Source of the DNA: Alphaproteobacteria bacterium
GTDB lineage: Bacteria > Pseudomonadota > Alphaproteobacteria > Bin95
Reading direction: 5' to 3'
DNA length: 64,000 nt
NCBI GenBank assembly: GCA_964291285.2
Contig: OZ219786.1
Span: 1,056,001 to 1,120,000, forward strand
The notes under the pieces are model-generated. The model worked only from the letters and a program-made list of their open reading frames with translations, was not told where the DNA came from and did no database searches. Shown in pieces: positions 35,754 through 45,483 of this stretch. Every line of letters starts with the position of its first letter. Position 1 is the stretch's first letter. Both the position numbers and the translations under genes were made by a program.

Positions 35754-37142
35754 ATGTCGGACCCGTTCGCGCCCATCCACGAGCTTGCCCCGGAGATCGC
35801 CGCCGGGCGGCTCTCGCCCGTCGAGGTGACGGAGACCTGCCTCGACCGGATCGCAAGCCTCGACCCGAAGCTGCATGCCTTCGCCGCCGTCTACGCCGAC
35901 GAGGCGCGCGAGGCCGCCGAGGCCGCTCACAGGGCGATCCGCGCCGGGCACCGCATCGGGCCGCTCCACGGCATCCCGATCGGCGTCAAGGACCTCTGCG
36001 ACATGGAAGGCCGGGTCACGACCGGCGGGGCGGCAATCTGGAAGGAGCGCATCTCGCCCACCACTGCCACCCTCGTCGAGCGGCTGCGCGCCGCCGGCAT
36101 GATCGTGGTCGGCAAGACACACACGGTCGAGTTCGCCTATGGCGGCTGGGGCACGAACAACTCGCTCGGCACCCCCTGGAACCCCTGGGACCGCGAGACG
36201 CACCGCATTCCCGGCGGCTCGTCGAGCGGCACCGGCGCGGGCGTCGGCGCGGGGCTCATCCCCTGCGGCATCGGCACCGACACCGGCGGCTCGGTGCGGC
36301 TGCCGGCGGCCTTCTGCGGCACGGCCGGCCTCAAGACCTCGGTCGGGCGGATCAGCACCCACGGCGTGCTGCCGCTCTCGCACACGCTGGACACGCCGGG
36401 GCCGCTCGCCCGCGCCGTCGAGGACTGCGCCTGGCTGCTGGAGGCCATGCAGGGCCCGGACCCGCGCGACCCGAAGACCCGCCGGCTGGCGCCCGTTGAC
36501 GCGACTTCGGGCCTGCGCCGGGGCGTGCGCGACCTTCGCCTTGCGCGGATGCCGGACTCCGAGCGGCCGGGCGTCGACGCCGAAGTGCTGGCGGCCTACG
36601 ACGCCTCGCTCGCGGTTTTCGAGGGACTCGGCGCGCATATCGTCGATATCGACATGCCGCGCGCCATGGCGGACTTCGCAGAGCCGGTCGCCAACATCAT
36701 CGGCGCGGAAAGCTACACCCACCTCAAGGACGTGGTGGACAACGAGGAGCAGCAGCTCGACCCCGACGTGCGCCCGCGCGTGGCGGCCGGCGGACGGCTC
36801 CCGACCCGCGACTATGTCGCCACCCTGCTCGACCGCGAGGCGGTCATGGCGGCCTTCGACGACGCCATGGACGGGATCGACGCGCTGCTGACGCCGACGG
36901 CCCGCTTCGCCGCAATCCCGGTCGCGGAGGTGGACCAGAAGCAGACGCCGGCGACGGTGACCCGCATGGGCAACTATCTGGGCCTGACCGGGCTTGCGCT
37001 GCGCAACGGTTTCACCGGGGCCGGCATGCCGACCTCGCTGCTGGTCAACGCGCGCGACGGCGACGAGGCGCTGGCGCTCCGGATCGGCTGGGCCTACGAA
37101 CAGGCAACGGACTGGCATCGCCGCACCCCGGAGGGATACTGA
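35754..37142 (+). CDS. Amidase (amidase-signature family)
   Basis: GPLHGIPIGVKD, PGGSSSG, GTDTGGSVRLPA. Confidence 0.93.
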   Translation: MSDPFAPIHELAPEIAAGRLSPVEVTETCLDRIASLDPKLHAFAAVYADEAREAAEAAHRAIRAGHRIGPLHGIPIGVKDLCDMEGRVTTGGAAIWKERISPTTATLVERLRAAGMIVVGKTHTVEFAYGGWGTNNSLGTPWNPWDRETHRIPGGSSSGTGAGVGAGLIPCGIGTDTGGSVRLPAAFCGTAGLKTSVGRISTHGVLPLSHTLDTPGPLARAVEDCAWLLEAMQGPDPRDPKTRRLAPVDATSGLRRGVRDLRLARMPDSERPGVDAEVLAAYDASLAVFEGLGAHIVDIDMPRAMADFAEPVANIIGAESYTHLKDVVDNEEQQLDPDVRPRVAAGGRLPTRDYVATLLDREAVMAAFDDAMDGIDALLTPTARFAAIPVAEVDQKQTPATVTRMGNYLGLTGLALRNGFTGAGMPTSLLVNARDGDEALALRIGWAYEQATDWHRRTPEGY

Positions 37143-37146
37143 CGAC

Positions 37147-37629
37147 ATGGCCCGACTGGAAGACATGGCCGCGGAGATCGGCGCGAAGCTGAAGGAACGC
37201 GGCGAGACGATCGCCGTTTTCGAGAGTTCGTCCGGCGGCCTGGTGTCGGCGGCGCTGCTGGCCGTGCCGGGCGCCAGCCGCTACTACCAGGGCGGCGGCG
37301 TGATCTACACGCAGGCGGCCCGTAGCGAGTTGGCCCGCATCGGCGAGGAAGACATGCGCGGTCTGCGCTCCTCCTCCGAGCCCTATGCGCAATTGCTGGC
37401 GGGCCGGGCGCGCACCATCTTCGGCACCGACTGGGGCCTGGCCGAGACAGGCGCCGCCGGCCCTGACGGCAACCGCTACGGCGACGCGCCGGGACACACC
37501 TGCCTCGCCGTGGCAGGCGCCATCGACTTCGCCGAGACGCTGGAGACGGGCGACGCCGACCGCGAGGCGAACATGTGGCGCTTCGCCGAAGCCGCGCTCG
37601 ACCTGATGCGCCGGGCGCTCGCCGTCTGA
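37147..37629 (+). CDS. CinA C-terminal/PncC-like protein
   Basis: ETIAVFESSSGG, VPGASRYY, ETGAAGPDG. Confidence 0.85.
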   Translation: MARLEDMAAEIGAKLKERGETIAVFESSSGGLVSAALLAVPGASRYYQGGGVIYTQAARSELARIGEEDMRGLRSSSEPYAQLLAGRARTIFGTDWGLAETGAAGPDGNRYGDAPGHTCLAVAGAIDFAETLETGDADREANMWRFAEAALDLMRRALAV

Positions 37630-37633
37630 CCTC

Positions 37634-38545
37634 TCAGCTCGCGCGGCGCGCGTTCTCCAAGACTGCCCGGACGACTTGCGGGGCAGCGCCGTCCGGCACG
37701 TCGTGGCCCATGCCGTCGATCACGACCATGCGCGCGCCGGGGATCGAGTTCTTCACGTCCTCGCCCTGCCCGACCGGCACCAGCGGGTCGTCGGCGCCGT
37801 GGATGACGACCGTCGGGGCCGTAATGCCGCCGAGCGCGGCGCAGCGGCTGTCGCCGGAAGCGATGCTGGCCAGCAGGTGCCGGCCGTGGCCGGGGGGATA
37901 GTAGGCCCGGTCGTAGAGCGCGCCGGCCCGGGCGCGCACGCCCGCCTCGTCGCGCGGATAGCCGGGCGAGCCCATGATCCGGTTCTGCTCCCAGGCCAAT
38001 TCCATGAACGTCTCACGGTCGATATCCGACGGGCGCGGCGCATTCAGCCACTCGGAGGCGGCCTGGCTCGGCCGCGGCAGGCCGCGCCGGCCGGAGGTCG
38101 CCATGACGGAGGCGAGCGACTTCGTCTTCGCCGGATGGCGGATCGCCACAAGCTGCGCAATCGCCCCGCCATTGGAGCTGCCATAAATGTGTGCGGCCCC
38201 GATGCCGAGCGCATCCAGCAGGCCGGCGCCGTCGTCGGCCATGTCCTCGATTGTGTAGGGCGCATCGACCGGCTCGCCTGCCCGCGCCTGCTTGAAGGCA
38301 CGTCCGATATTCGCGAGGCCGGCCTCCTCGAAACGGGTGGAGAGCCCGCAATCGCGGTTGTCGAACAGGATCGGCCGGAAGCCCGCATCGCCGAGCCCGT
38401 CGATCAGCGCGTCCGGCCAGGAGACGAGCTGCATCCCGAGCCCGCCGATCATCAGGACCGGCTCGCCGCCGGCAGGGCCCCGCATTTCGTATTCGATCCC
38501 GATTCCGTTCGCTTCTACCCGCGCCACGACGCCATTCCTCCCCAA
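37634..38545 (-). CDS. Alpha/beta hydrolase
   Basis: FDNRDCGLS, GSSNGG nucleophile elbow, IHGADDPLV, GMGHD. Confidence 0.9.
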   Translation of the reverse strand: MGRNGVVARVEANGIGIEYEMRGPAGGEPVLMIGGLGMQLVSWPDALIDGLGDAGFRPILFDNRDCGLSTRFEEAGLANIGRAFKQARAGEPVDAPYTIEDMADDGAGLLDALGIGAAHIYGSSNGGAIAQLVAIRHPAKTKSLASVMATSGRRGLPRPSQAASEWLNAPRPSDIDRETFMELAWEQNRIMGSPGYPRDEAGVRARAGALYDRAYYPPGHGRHLLASIASGDSRCAALGGITAPTVVIHGADDPLVPVGQGEDVKNSIPGARMVVIDGMGHDVPDGAAPQVVRAVLENARRAS

Positions 38546-38633
38546 TTGCTTGACTCGTCCCCGGCGATACTATCCACTTTCCGCTCGTCAACACCTCGGC
38601 ATGCGGCAAATTGCGCCGCCATGTCTTGGCTAA

Positions 38634-40647
38634 CCCGACTTCCGCAACTCGGGGGTCATGAGGATGCTAACTCATTGAATAGCCTTGATCGTCTCCCCGA
38701 GGGTCGGCACTACAAGGCGGCGAACGGAGAGGCGGCGCCGTGTGCCGTCAGGCGGAGATCCGGGGTGCGGGTTGCTGCGGCCAGGTCATGCCGAGCTGTT
38801 GCAGCAGTAGCTCGTGCTCCTTGTTCGGCCGGGTGTGGCGCGGCAGGACGAGGTGCCGGCCGTCGGTGGTTGGCAGATGGACGTCCACCATCTGGATGGT
38901 GGCGAAGGCCTCAAGGATGGCGCGTGGGGTGAGGCCCGGGGCGCGCGGCCGGGCGAGGTTCTTCAGGGTCACCAGCAGGCAGTAGGCGATGAACGAGACG
39001 AAGATATGCGCCTCGATGCGCTCTTGGCGCTGATGGAAGATGGGGCGGATCGCGAGGTCGTGCTTGAGTTCCTTGAACGCCTGCTCGATCTCGACGAGCT
39101 GCATGTACAGATGCCACAGCGTGGCGGGGTCTTCGGCGACCATGTTGGATCGCAGCAGGTAACGGCCCTCGCGGCGGCGGACCTGGCGCAGCCGGTCGCG
39201 CTGCAGGCGGAATGAGAAGCCGTTGGCGGCGAGTTCGCTGTCGGTCCCGGGCACGGTGATGTCGACCAGGCTCCAGGCCCGGCCGGCCTCCTTCCTGGCG
39301 GCGCCGAGCTTGAGCAACAACTGATCCCGGCTGTTCGACTGCCCTTGCAACTCGGCCAATCGACGCCACAGCCTCTTCAGCCGGCGCCGGCGCATGCCGC
39401 GTTCCTTCACCTGCCGCCCCTCGCTGCGCACCAGGACGTAGAGCTCGCCATCCTCGACCAGAAGCTTGACAGTCACGGACTGGCGCACCTCCTGCCAGGG
39501 CAGGCCCAGGAACACCTTCTCGAGCCGCGTCAGCCGGCCCTTGGGCGTGCCCACCAGGTAGCGCACCGGCGCCTCGCCCTCGCGCATCGCGGCCAGCGTC
39601 TCCTCGGTGGGGATGCCGCGGTCCATGATCCACACCCGCTCGGAGCGGCCATACTGATCCTCGATCTTCTTGAGGAACGCCGCCAGCGTGGTGTCGTCGG
39701 AGGTGTTGCCCGGCATCACCTCATAGGCCAGCGGAAAGCCCTGCGGCGTAACGATCAGGGCGATCACCACCTGCACGCAGTCGGGCCGCTTGTCCCGGCT
39801 GTAGCCGAAGCGGCGCTTGTCATCGAACGGCGGATCGCTCTCGAAGTAGGTCGAGGTCAGGTCGTAGAGCAGCACGTCGAAGCGCGCCTCGAACAGCGTC
39901 GCCCAGCGGTCGCGCAGAAACGAGAAGAAGCCCTGCTTGTGCGCCAGCAGCTTGTCGAGACAGCGATAGAGTGTGTCGTCGGCGATCGCCCGCTCGCCAC
40001 CCAGAAGATCGCGAAGCGCGCTGTGCTCATACCAGTGACGGTGAAGGCGCCACTCGCTGCCCGGGTCGATCAGCCGGTAGCAGACCTGGATCTTCAGGAT
40101 GTCCAGCCACCGCGTGCCTTGCCGGCTCGCCGGCAGCCGCTCTTCCCAGAAGCGGTCCAGGTCCAGGCGGTCCCACAAGGACAGCGCCAGCCAGCACGCC
40201 CCCCACTGGCGCGGGTCGTGAAGCGCCACCTGCGAGAGGTCGATCTTCACCACTTCGCAAGTCAGCGCCGGCGCCTCCCGGTCCTCGGGAAACAGCGCCA
40301 TCTGCCGTGATCGCGACTTGCCCTCCACCACCTCGATCGAGCGGCACCACGCCGCTCGCTGGCTGTCGTTGATCTCCCCGAGATAGAGCACCTGACGCTG
40401 AACAACCCGACCGCCGTGGACCCGGACGTTCTCCACAACGCTCCAGTAGCGGTGCTCCTTGCCGTCCTTGAAGCGTCTCTTGCAGCGCACGAACATCAGC
40501 GCAGCGTCCGGATCTTCGCCAGCCCGATCAAGGGGGTAGGTCGGCACTACAAGCCGGTCCCGAGAGGTACTGCACCGAAATCCGACACTTCTCGCGCCGG
40601 AAAACCGTCAAATCAGTCGATTCTCAAGCCGAGTTGCGGAAGTCGGG
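38634..40647 (-). mobile_element. IS1634-family element, copy 2 (2014 bp, inverted)
   Basis: Same IRs as copy 1; CTAA duplication at 38630-38633 and 40648-40651. Confidence 0.93.
38748..40496 (-). CDS. IS1634-family transposase
   Basis: Protein matches copy 1 except HGSR versus HGGR. Confidence 0.93.
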   Translation of the reverse strand: MFVRCKRRFKDGKEHRYWSVVENVRVHGGRVVQRQVLYLGEINDSQRAAWCRSIEVVEGKSRSRQMALFPEDREAPALTCEVVKIDLSQVALHDPRQWGACWLALSLWDRLDLDRFWEERLPASRQGTRWLDILKIQVCYRLIDPGSEWRLHRHWYEHSALRDLLGGERAIADDTLYRCLDKLLAHKQGFFSFLRDRWATLFEARFDVLLYDLTSTYFESDPPFDDKRRFGYSRDKRPDCVQVVIALIVTPQGFPLAYEVMPGNTSDDTTLAAFLKKIEDQYGRSERVWIMDRGIPTEETLAAMREGEAPVRYLVGTPKGRLTRLEKVFLGLPWQEVRQSVTVKLLVEDGELYVLVRSEGRQVKERGMRRRRLKRLWRRLAELQGQSNSRDQLLLKLGAARKEAGRAWSLVDITVPGTDSELAANGFSFRLQRDRLRQVRRREGRYLLRSNMVAEDPATLWHLYMQLVEIEQAFKELKHDLAIRPIFHQRQERIEAHIFVSFIAYCLLVTLKNLARPRAPGLTPRAILEAFATIQMVDVHLPTTDGRHLVLPRHTRPNKEHELLLQQLGMTWPQQPAPRISA

Positions 40648-40667
40648 CTAATACGGGAGGATCCGGA

Positions 40668-41765
40668 ATGAAACCTGTGTTGCGTCCAGTCGCCGCGCTC
40701 GCCTTCCTCGCAGGCGCCGCGACTACCGTCCAGGCTGCGGACTTCGAGTGGAAAATGCAGGCCAGCTGGCCTCCGGGCGGACCGGGGACCCAGTGGGAGA
40801 ACTTCGTGATGTTCGTCGAGGCCGTGGACAAGATGTCCGCCGGCCGCCTCAAGATCGAGCCGCTTCCCGCCGGCGCCATCGTGCCCGCATTCGAGGTGCT
40901 CGACGCCACCTCCCGGGAGGTCATCGACGGCGCGCATACCGCGATGGGCTACTGGGTGGGCCGCAGCAAGGCGGCGATTCCGCTCTCGCACGGGCCGTTG
41001 TTCGGCATGGACTACATCGACTTCTACGGCTGGCTCTATCACGGCGGCGGGCGGCAGCTTGCCGACCAGTGGTACGCCGAGAAGCTGAAGGCGAACGTGG
41101 TCTCCTTCCCGATCCAGCCGGCAGGCCCGCAGGCTCTCGGCTGGTACAAGGAAGAGATCAAGACCTGGGACGACTTCAAGGGCCTCAAGCTGCGCATCTA
41201 CGGCCTCGGCAACCTCGTGTTCAACGCCGCGGGCGTGAGCGCCGTGCAGCTGCCGGGCGCGGAAATCCTGCCGGCGGCGGAGCGCGGCGTCATCGACGCA
41301 GCCGAGTGGGTCGGCGGCATTGCCGACCTCGAGTTCGGCTTCCACACGGTCTGGAAATACACCATGGCGCCGGGCGTCCATGAACAGGTCACCGTCGGCG
41401 ACCTGCTCATCAACAAGGGCCTCTGGGACACCCTGCCCGCCGATCTCCAGGCCATCGTCGAGGCCGCCTGCATCCAGACCTTCTGGCTGTGGAAGACCAA
41501 GTGGCACATGCACAATGCGGACGCCTACGAGGAAATGGTCACCAAGCACGGCGTGAAGAAGATCAGGACGCCACAAGGGATCCTCGATGCCTTCATGGCC
41601 GCCTATGATGACCTCGCCGTACAGTGGGAAGAGGAAGACGAGTGGTACAAGAAGGTGCGCGATTCGCAGCGCGCCTATGCCGAGAAGATCGTGCCGTACC
41701 GCCGGTTTTCGCACCCGCCCTATGAATATCTGAGCGACTACTTCTGGAAGGACAAGATCGACTGA
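40668..41765 (+). CDS. dctP: TRAP transporter substrate-binding protein DctP (TakP-like)
   Basis: GGGAGG RBS; signal peptide; WKMQASW, GRLKIEPLPAGAIVPAFEV, FKGLKLR, ERGVIDAAEW. Confidence 0.88.
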   Translation: MKPVLRPVAALAFLAGAATTVQAADFEWKMQASWPPGGPGTQWENFVMFVEAVDKMSAGRLKIEPLPAGAIVPAFEVLDATSREVIDGAHTAMGYWVGRSKAAIPLSHGPLFGMDYIDFYGWLYHGGGRQLADQWYAEKLKANVVSFPIQPAGPQALGWYKEEIKTWDDFKGLKLRIYGLGNLVFNAAGVSAVQLPGAEILPAAERGVIDAAEWVGGIADLEFGFHTVWKYTMAPGVHEQVTVGDLLINKGLWDTLPADLQAIVEAACIQTFWLWKTKWHMHNADAYEEMVTKHGVKKIRTPQGILDAFMAAYDDLAVQWEEEDEWYKKVRDSQRAYAEKIVPYRRFSHPPYEYLSDYFWKDKID

Positions 41766-41782
41766 CCGGTCGCAGTCCCGAC

Positions 41783-41825
41783 AGCAGGCGGCGTCCTGAC
41801 GGGCGCCGCCTGCTTCCCTTTTCCC
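41783..41825 (+). terminator. Hairpin after dctP (terminator or stabiliser)
   Basis: AGCAGGCGGCGTCC-TGAC-GGGCGCCGCCTGCT followed by TCCCTTTTCCC. Confidence 0.6.
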
Positions 41826-41847
41826 GCACCCCCGGACTCAGGACCCC

Positions 41848-42435
41848 ATGACAACCGACGATCCTTCGCGCGAGGAAGACCCGCCTGTCTGGCTGCTGAA
41901 CACCGTTCAGGGCATCGACCACTATGTGGGTCGGGGTTCGGGCGTCCTGTTCTGCTGGCTCATCATTCCGATGGTCGGCGGGCTGACCTATGAGGTGCTC
42001 TCCCGCTACCTGTTCCATGCGCCGACCATCTGGGCCTATGACATCACCTACATGCTCTACGGCTCGCACTTCATGCTGGGCGCAGCCTACTGCCTGCTGA
42101 GAGGCGGGCATATCCGCACCGACATCTTCTACGGCAAGTGGTCCGAGCGCACGAAGGGCCGGGTCGATGCCACGCTCTACCTGCTGCTGTTCTTCCCCGG
42201 CATGTTCTTCTTCCTCGTCCGGGGCTGGAACGAGGCCTACCATGCTTGGGACATCGGCGAGCGTTCCGACCTCACGCCCTTCCAGCCGATCATGTGGCCG
42301 TTCAAGGCGGTCATTCCGATCACCGCCGCCCTGCTCCTGATCCAGGGCGTCTCCGAGTTCCTCAAGGCCTTCTGGGCCGCGCGCACGGGCAGGGAACTCT
42401 TCCCGAAAACCGATACACCGGCGGAAATGCTGTGA
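41848..42435 (+). CDS. dctQ: TRAP small permease DctQ
   Basis: YEVLSRYLF, PTIWAYD, GGHIRTDIFY; four transmembrane segments. Confidence 0.9.
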   Translation: MTTDDPSREEDPPVWLLNTVQGIDHYVGRGSGVLFCWLIIPMVGGLTYEVLSRYLFHAPTIWAYDITYMLYGSHFMLGAAYCLLRGGHIRTDIFYGKWSERTKGRVDATLYLLLFFPGMFFFLVRGWNEAYHAWDIGERSDLTPFQPIMWPFKAVIPITAALLLIQGVSEFLKAFWAARTGRELFPKTDTPAEML

Positions 42436-43802
42436 GCGGCGAAATCCTCGGACTCGTCCTGCTGTTCGCGCTGCTGACAGGCATCTTCGTCGGCTTCCCG
42501 ATCGCCTTCACCCTCATCATCCTCGGCATCGTCTTCGGCTGGATCGGGTTCGGCGAAACCGTCTTCTTCCAGATGGTCTTCCAGACCATCGGCATGATGA
42601 AGGAAGAAGTGCTCGCAGCGGTCCCGCTGTTCATCTTCATGGGCCACGTGCTGGAGCGCGCCGGCCTGATGGAGCGATTATTCACCTCCTTCCAGTCGAT
42701 CATGGGAGGGCTCAGGGGCTCGCTCTATCTGGGCGTGCTGTTCACGGCAACGATCTTCGCCACTGCCACCGGCATCATCGGCGCCTCGGTCACGGTCATG
42801 GGCCTGCTCGCCGCGCCGGCCATGACCCGGAGCGGCTATGACGAGCGCCTCTCCGCGGGCGTCATCACCGCTGGCGGCTGCCTCGGCATCCTGATCCCGC
42901 CGAGCGTGCTGCTGGTGGTGCTGGGGCCGGTGCTTGGCGTATCGGTCATCCACCTGTTCGCCGCGGCGATCATCCCCGGCATCATCCTGTCCGGCCTCTA
43001 CATCTCCTACACGATCGTGCGCTGCCTCATCAATCCGGAACTGGGGCCGCCGATCCCGCCGGAACAGCGGCTGTCCTCGGGCTGGGAAATCCTCAAGGAG
43101 TTCATCTCCGGCGTGGTGCCGATGGCGGTCATCATCTTCGCCGCGCTCGGCAGCATCATCATCGGCCTCGCCACGCCGACCGAAGCCGCGGCCATGGCGG
43201 CCGTGGGTTCGCTGGCGCTGGCGCTCGGCTACCGCCGGCTGAACTGGACGATGCTGAAGGAGGCCGCGCTCAACACGCTGGAGACATCCAGCCTGGTGCT
43301 GTTCCTCGCAGTCGCGTCGAACGTGTACGGCTCGGTCTTCACGCGGCTCGGCACCGGGACGATGCTCGCCAACTGGCTGCTCGAAATCCCGATGCCGCCG
43401 CTGGCGATGCTGGCCCTGCTGATGGTGGTGCTGTTCCTGCTCGGATGGCCTCTGGAATGGCCGGCGATCGTGTTCATCTTCGTGCCGATCTTCCTGCCGG
43501 TCATCATATCGCTTGGTTCCGACCTTCCAGCGCTCGGCATTGACGAGTCCTGGGCCGACAAGATGCGGGTGCCGCATCTGGTCTGGTTCGGAACACTCCT
43601 TGCAGTCAATTTACAGACGGCGTTCCTGTCGCCACCGGTGGCCATGGCCGCCTACTACCTGAAGTCGGTGGCGCCTCAATGGGACCTGTTGAAGATCTAT
43701 GGCGGCATGTTCGACTTCATGATGCTGCAATGCGTTGGCCTCGCCATCGTGTTCTTCATCCCCGAAGTCGCGCTCTGGCTGCCATCGGTGCTGTTCAAGT
43801 AG
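42432..43802 (+). CDS. dctM: TRAP large permease DctM
   Basis: GTG start; AVPLFIFMG, LGILIPPS, ATPTEAA, NLQTAFLSPP. Confidence 0.92.
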   Translation: MSGEILGLVLLFALLTGIFVGFPIAFTLIILGIVFGWIGFGETVFFQMVFQTIGMMKEEVLAAVPLFIFMGHVLERAGLMERLFTSFQSIMGGLRGSLYLGVLFTATIFATATGIIGASVTVMGLLAAPAMTRSGYDERLSAGVITAGGCLGILIPPSVLLVVLGPVLGVSVIHLFAAAIIPGIILSGLYISYTIVRCLINPELGPPIPPEQRLSSGWEILKEFISGVVPMAVIIFAALGSIIIGLATPTEAAAMAAVGSLALALGYRRLNWTMLKEAALNTLETSSLVLFLAVASNVYGSVFTRLGTGTMLANWLLEIPMPPLAMLALLMVVLFLLGWPLEWPAIVFIFVPIFLPVIISLGSDLPALGIDESWADKMRVPHLVWFGTLLAVNLQTAFLSPPVAMAAYYLKSVAPQWDLLKIYGGMFDFMMLQCVGLAIVFFIPEVALWLPSVLFK

Positions 43803-43890
43803 CGCCCTGAACTTCCATAACCGGCAATCGCGAAACGCCGGCGCCGTCCTCGCGGGCGGCGCCGGCGCCGTCTTTCGGAGGAGTGAACCC

Positions 43891-45018
43891 GTGCTGCTTG
43901 ACGGGATAAAGGTTATCGAAGCGGCGACGTTCATCGCCGGTCCGGCGGCCGCGATGATTCTGGGCGAGTTCGGCGCGGACGTGGTGAAGATCGAACCGCC
44001 CGACGGGGACCCGTTCCGCCATTCGGTGGGCGCGCCCGGCAATCCGCCGACCGCCTTCAACTACCCCTTCAACATGGACAACCGGCACAAGCGGAGCATT
44101 GTGCTGGACCTGAAGCAGAAGGATGACCGCGAGCGGCTTTATGCGATGGTGCGCGAGGCCGATGTCTTCATCACCAACGCGCCGCTCGGCACGCGCGCGC
44201 GGCTCGGCATCCGCGACGGAGACCTCATGTCGCTGAACGAGCGGCTGATCTACGCTTCCGTCACCGCCTATGGCGAAACCGGCCCCGAGGCGGCGCGGAC
44301 CGGCTTCGACTCGACGGCGCTCTGGGCGCGAAGCGGCCTGATGGACATGGTGCGCCCCGCACCGGACTCACCACCCGCCCGCTCGCTCCCCGGCATGGGC
44401 GACCATCCGACCGCGATGACGCTGTTCGCCGCCGTGATGATGGCGCTCTACCGCCGCGAGCGCACGGGCAGAGGCGGCGCCGTCTCCACCAACCTCATGG
44501 CGAACGGCCTCTGGTGGAACGCTTTCCAGACCAGCGCCATGCTCTGCGGCGCCGAGCACAAGCGCCGCCCGGCCCGCGAGGACGCCGCCAACGCGCTCCA
44601 CAACCTCTACCGGTGCCGCGACGGCCGCTGGTTCCATCTCGTACTGCTGCCGGAGGACCGCAACTGGCCTAAGCTGGTGGCGGCACTGGAGAGACCGGAA
44701 TGGCTGGACGACCCGCGCTACCGGGACCGGCCGGCGCGGGTCGCCAACCGGCATGCGCTCATTGCCGATCTCGATGCCGTCTTCGCCGCCCGCGACTGGC
44801 CGGAATGGCGCGAAATCCTCATCCGCCATGCCGTCAGCTTCGGCGAGATCGGCACGCTCGCGGACATTCCGAACGACGTGCAGATGCGCGAAAGCGGCGC
44901 CCTCATCCCCTGCGACGACCCGGAGGCGGGCGCTTCGCTGGCGCTGGCCGTGCCGCTGTTCCTGAAGGGCGAGGAACGGCGCAGGCCGAAGGCAGGTCCC
45001 GCACTCGGCAGCGGCTGA
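43891..45018 (+). CDS. CaiB/BaiF family CoA transferase
   Basis: GTG after GGAGGAG; GADVVKIEPPDGD, NRHKRSIVLDLK, SVTAYGETGP. Confidence 0.9.
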   Translation: MLLDGIKVIEAATFIAGPAAAMILGEFGADVVKIEPPDGDPFRHSVGAPGNPPTAFNYPFNMDNRHKRSIVLDLKQKDDRERLYAMVREADVFITNAPLGTRARLGIRDGDLMSLNERLIYASVTAYGETGPEAARTGFDSTALWARSGLMDMVRPAPDSPPARSLPGMGDHPTAMTLFAAVMMALYRRERTGRGGAVSTNLMANGLWWNAFQTSAMLCGAEHKRRPAREDAANALHNLYRCRDGRWFHLVLLPEDRNWPKLVAALERPEWLDDPRYRDRPARVANRHALIADLDAVFAARDWPEWREILIRHAVSFGEIGTLADIPNDVQMRESGALIPCDDPEAGASLALAVPLFLKGEERRRPKAGPALGSG

Positions 45019-45039
45019 GAGCCCGCGCGACCGCCGCCT

Positions 45040-45483
45040 TCAGACGATAGTCCGGTCGCCGAGCCGGCGGACGGCCCCGGAGAACACGGCCACGGTCTCG
45101 CCATCCTTCTCGCGCACCTCGACCGCATACATGCCGGTGCGTCCCGCATCCGCCTGTTCCCGCGCCTCGGCCAGCAGGAGGCGGCCCGGCCGGCCCGGAC
45201 GCAGGAAGGTGATCGAGCAGAACTGCGCGACCGAGACCCGGTTGCGGCTGTTGCTCGCGAAGGCCATGGCGGAATCGGCGAGGGAGAAGATATAGCCCCC
45301 GTGACAGACCCGGTGGCCGTTCAGCATCTCCTCGGTCACCGGCATCGACATGCGCGCCCAGCCGGCGCCGACGGCCTCCAGGCGGATGCCGAGATTCCGC
45401 GACGCATCGTCCTCCGCATACATGGCGTCGGCGACGCGCCGGGCCAGTGCATCGGCAGCCCCCGTCGTCCGCCCCGCGTCCAT
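45040..45483 (-). CDS. PaaI/PaaD-like hotdog-fold thioesterase
   Basis: MLNGHRVCHGGYIFSLADSAMAFASNS. Confidence 0.88.
   Translation of the reverse strand: MDAGRTTGAADALARRVADAMYAEDDASRNLGIRLEAVGAGWARMSMPVTEEMLNGHRVCHGGYIFSLADSAMAFASNSRNRVSVAQFCSITFLRPGRPGRLLLAEAREQADAGRTGMYAVEVREKDGETVAVFSGAVRRLGDRTIV

Noticed and set aside
34455-37166. 903-aa apparent thiolase fusion
   Set aside because: The upstream part is antisense to the amidase; the thiolase starts at 35612
21440-38629. Segment between the IS1634 copies as an acquired composite transposon
   Set aside because: Each IS has its own TSD and sulP continues across copy 1, so these are independent insertions into resident DNA
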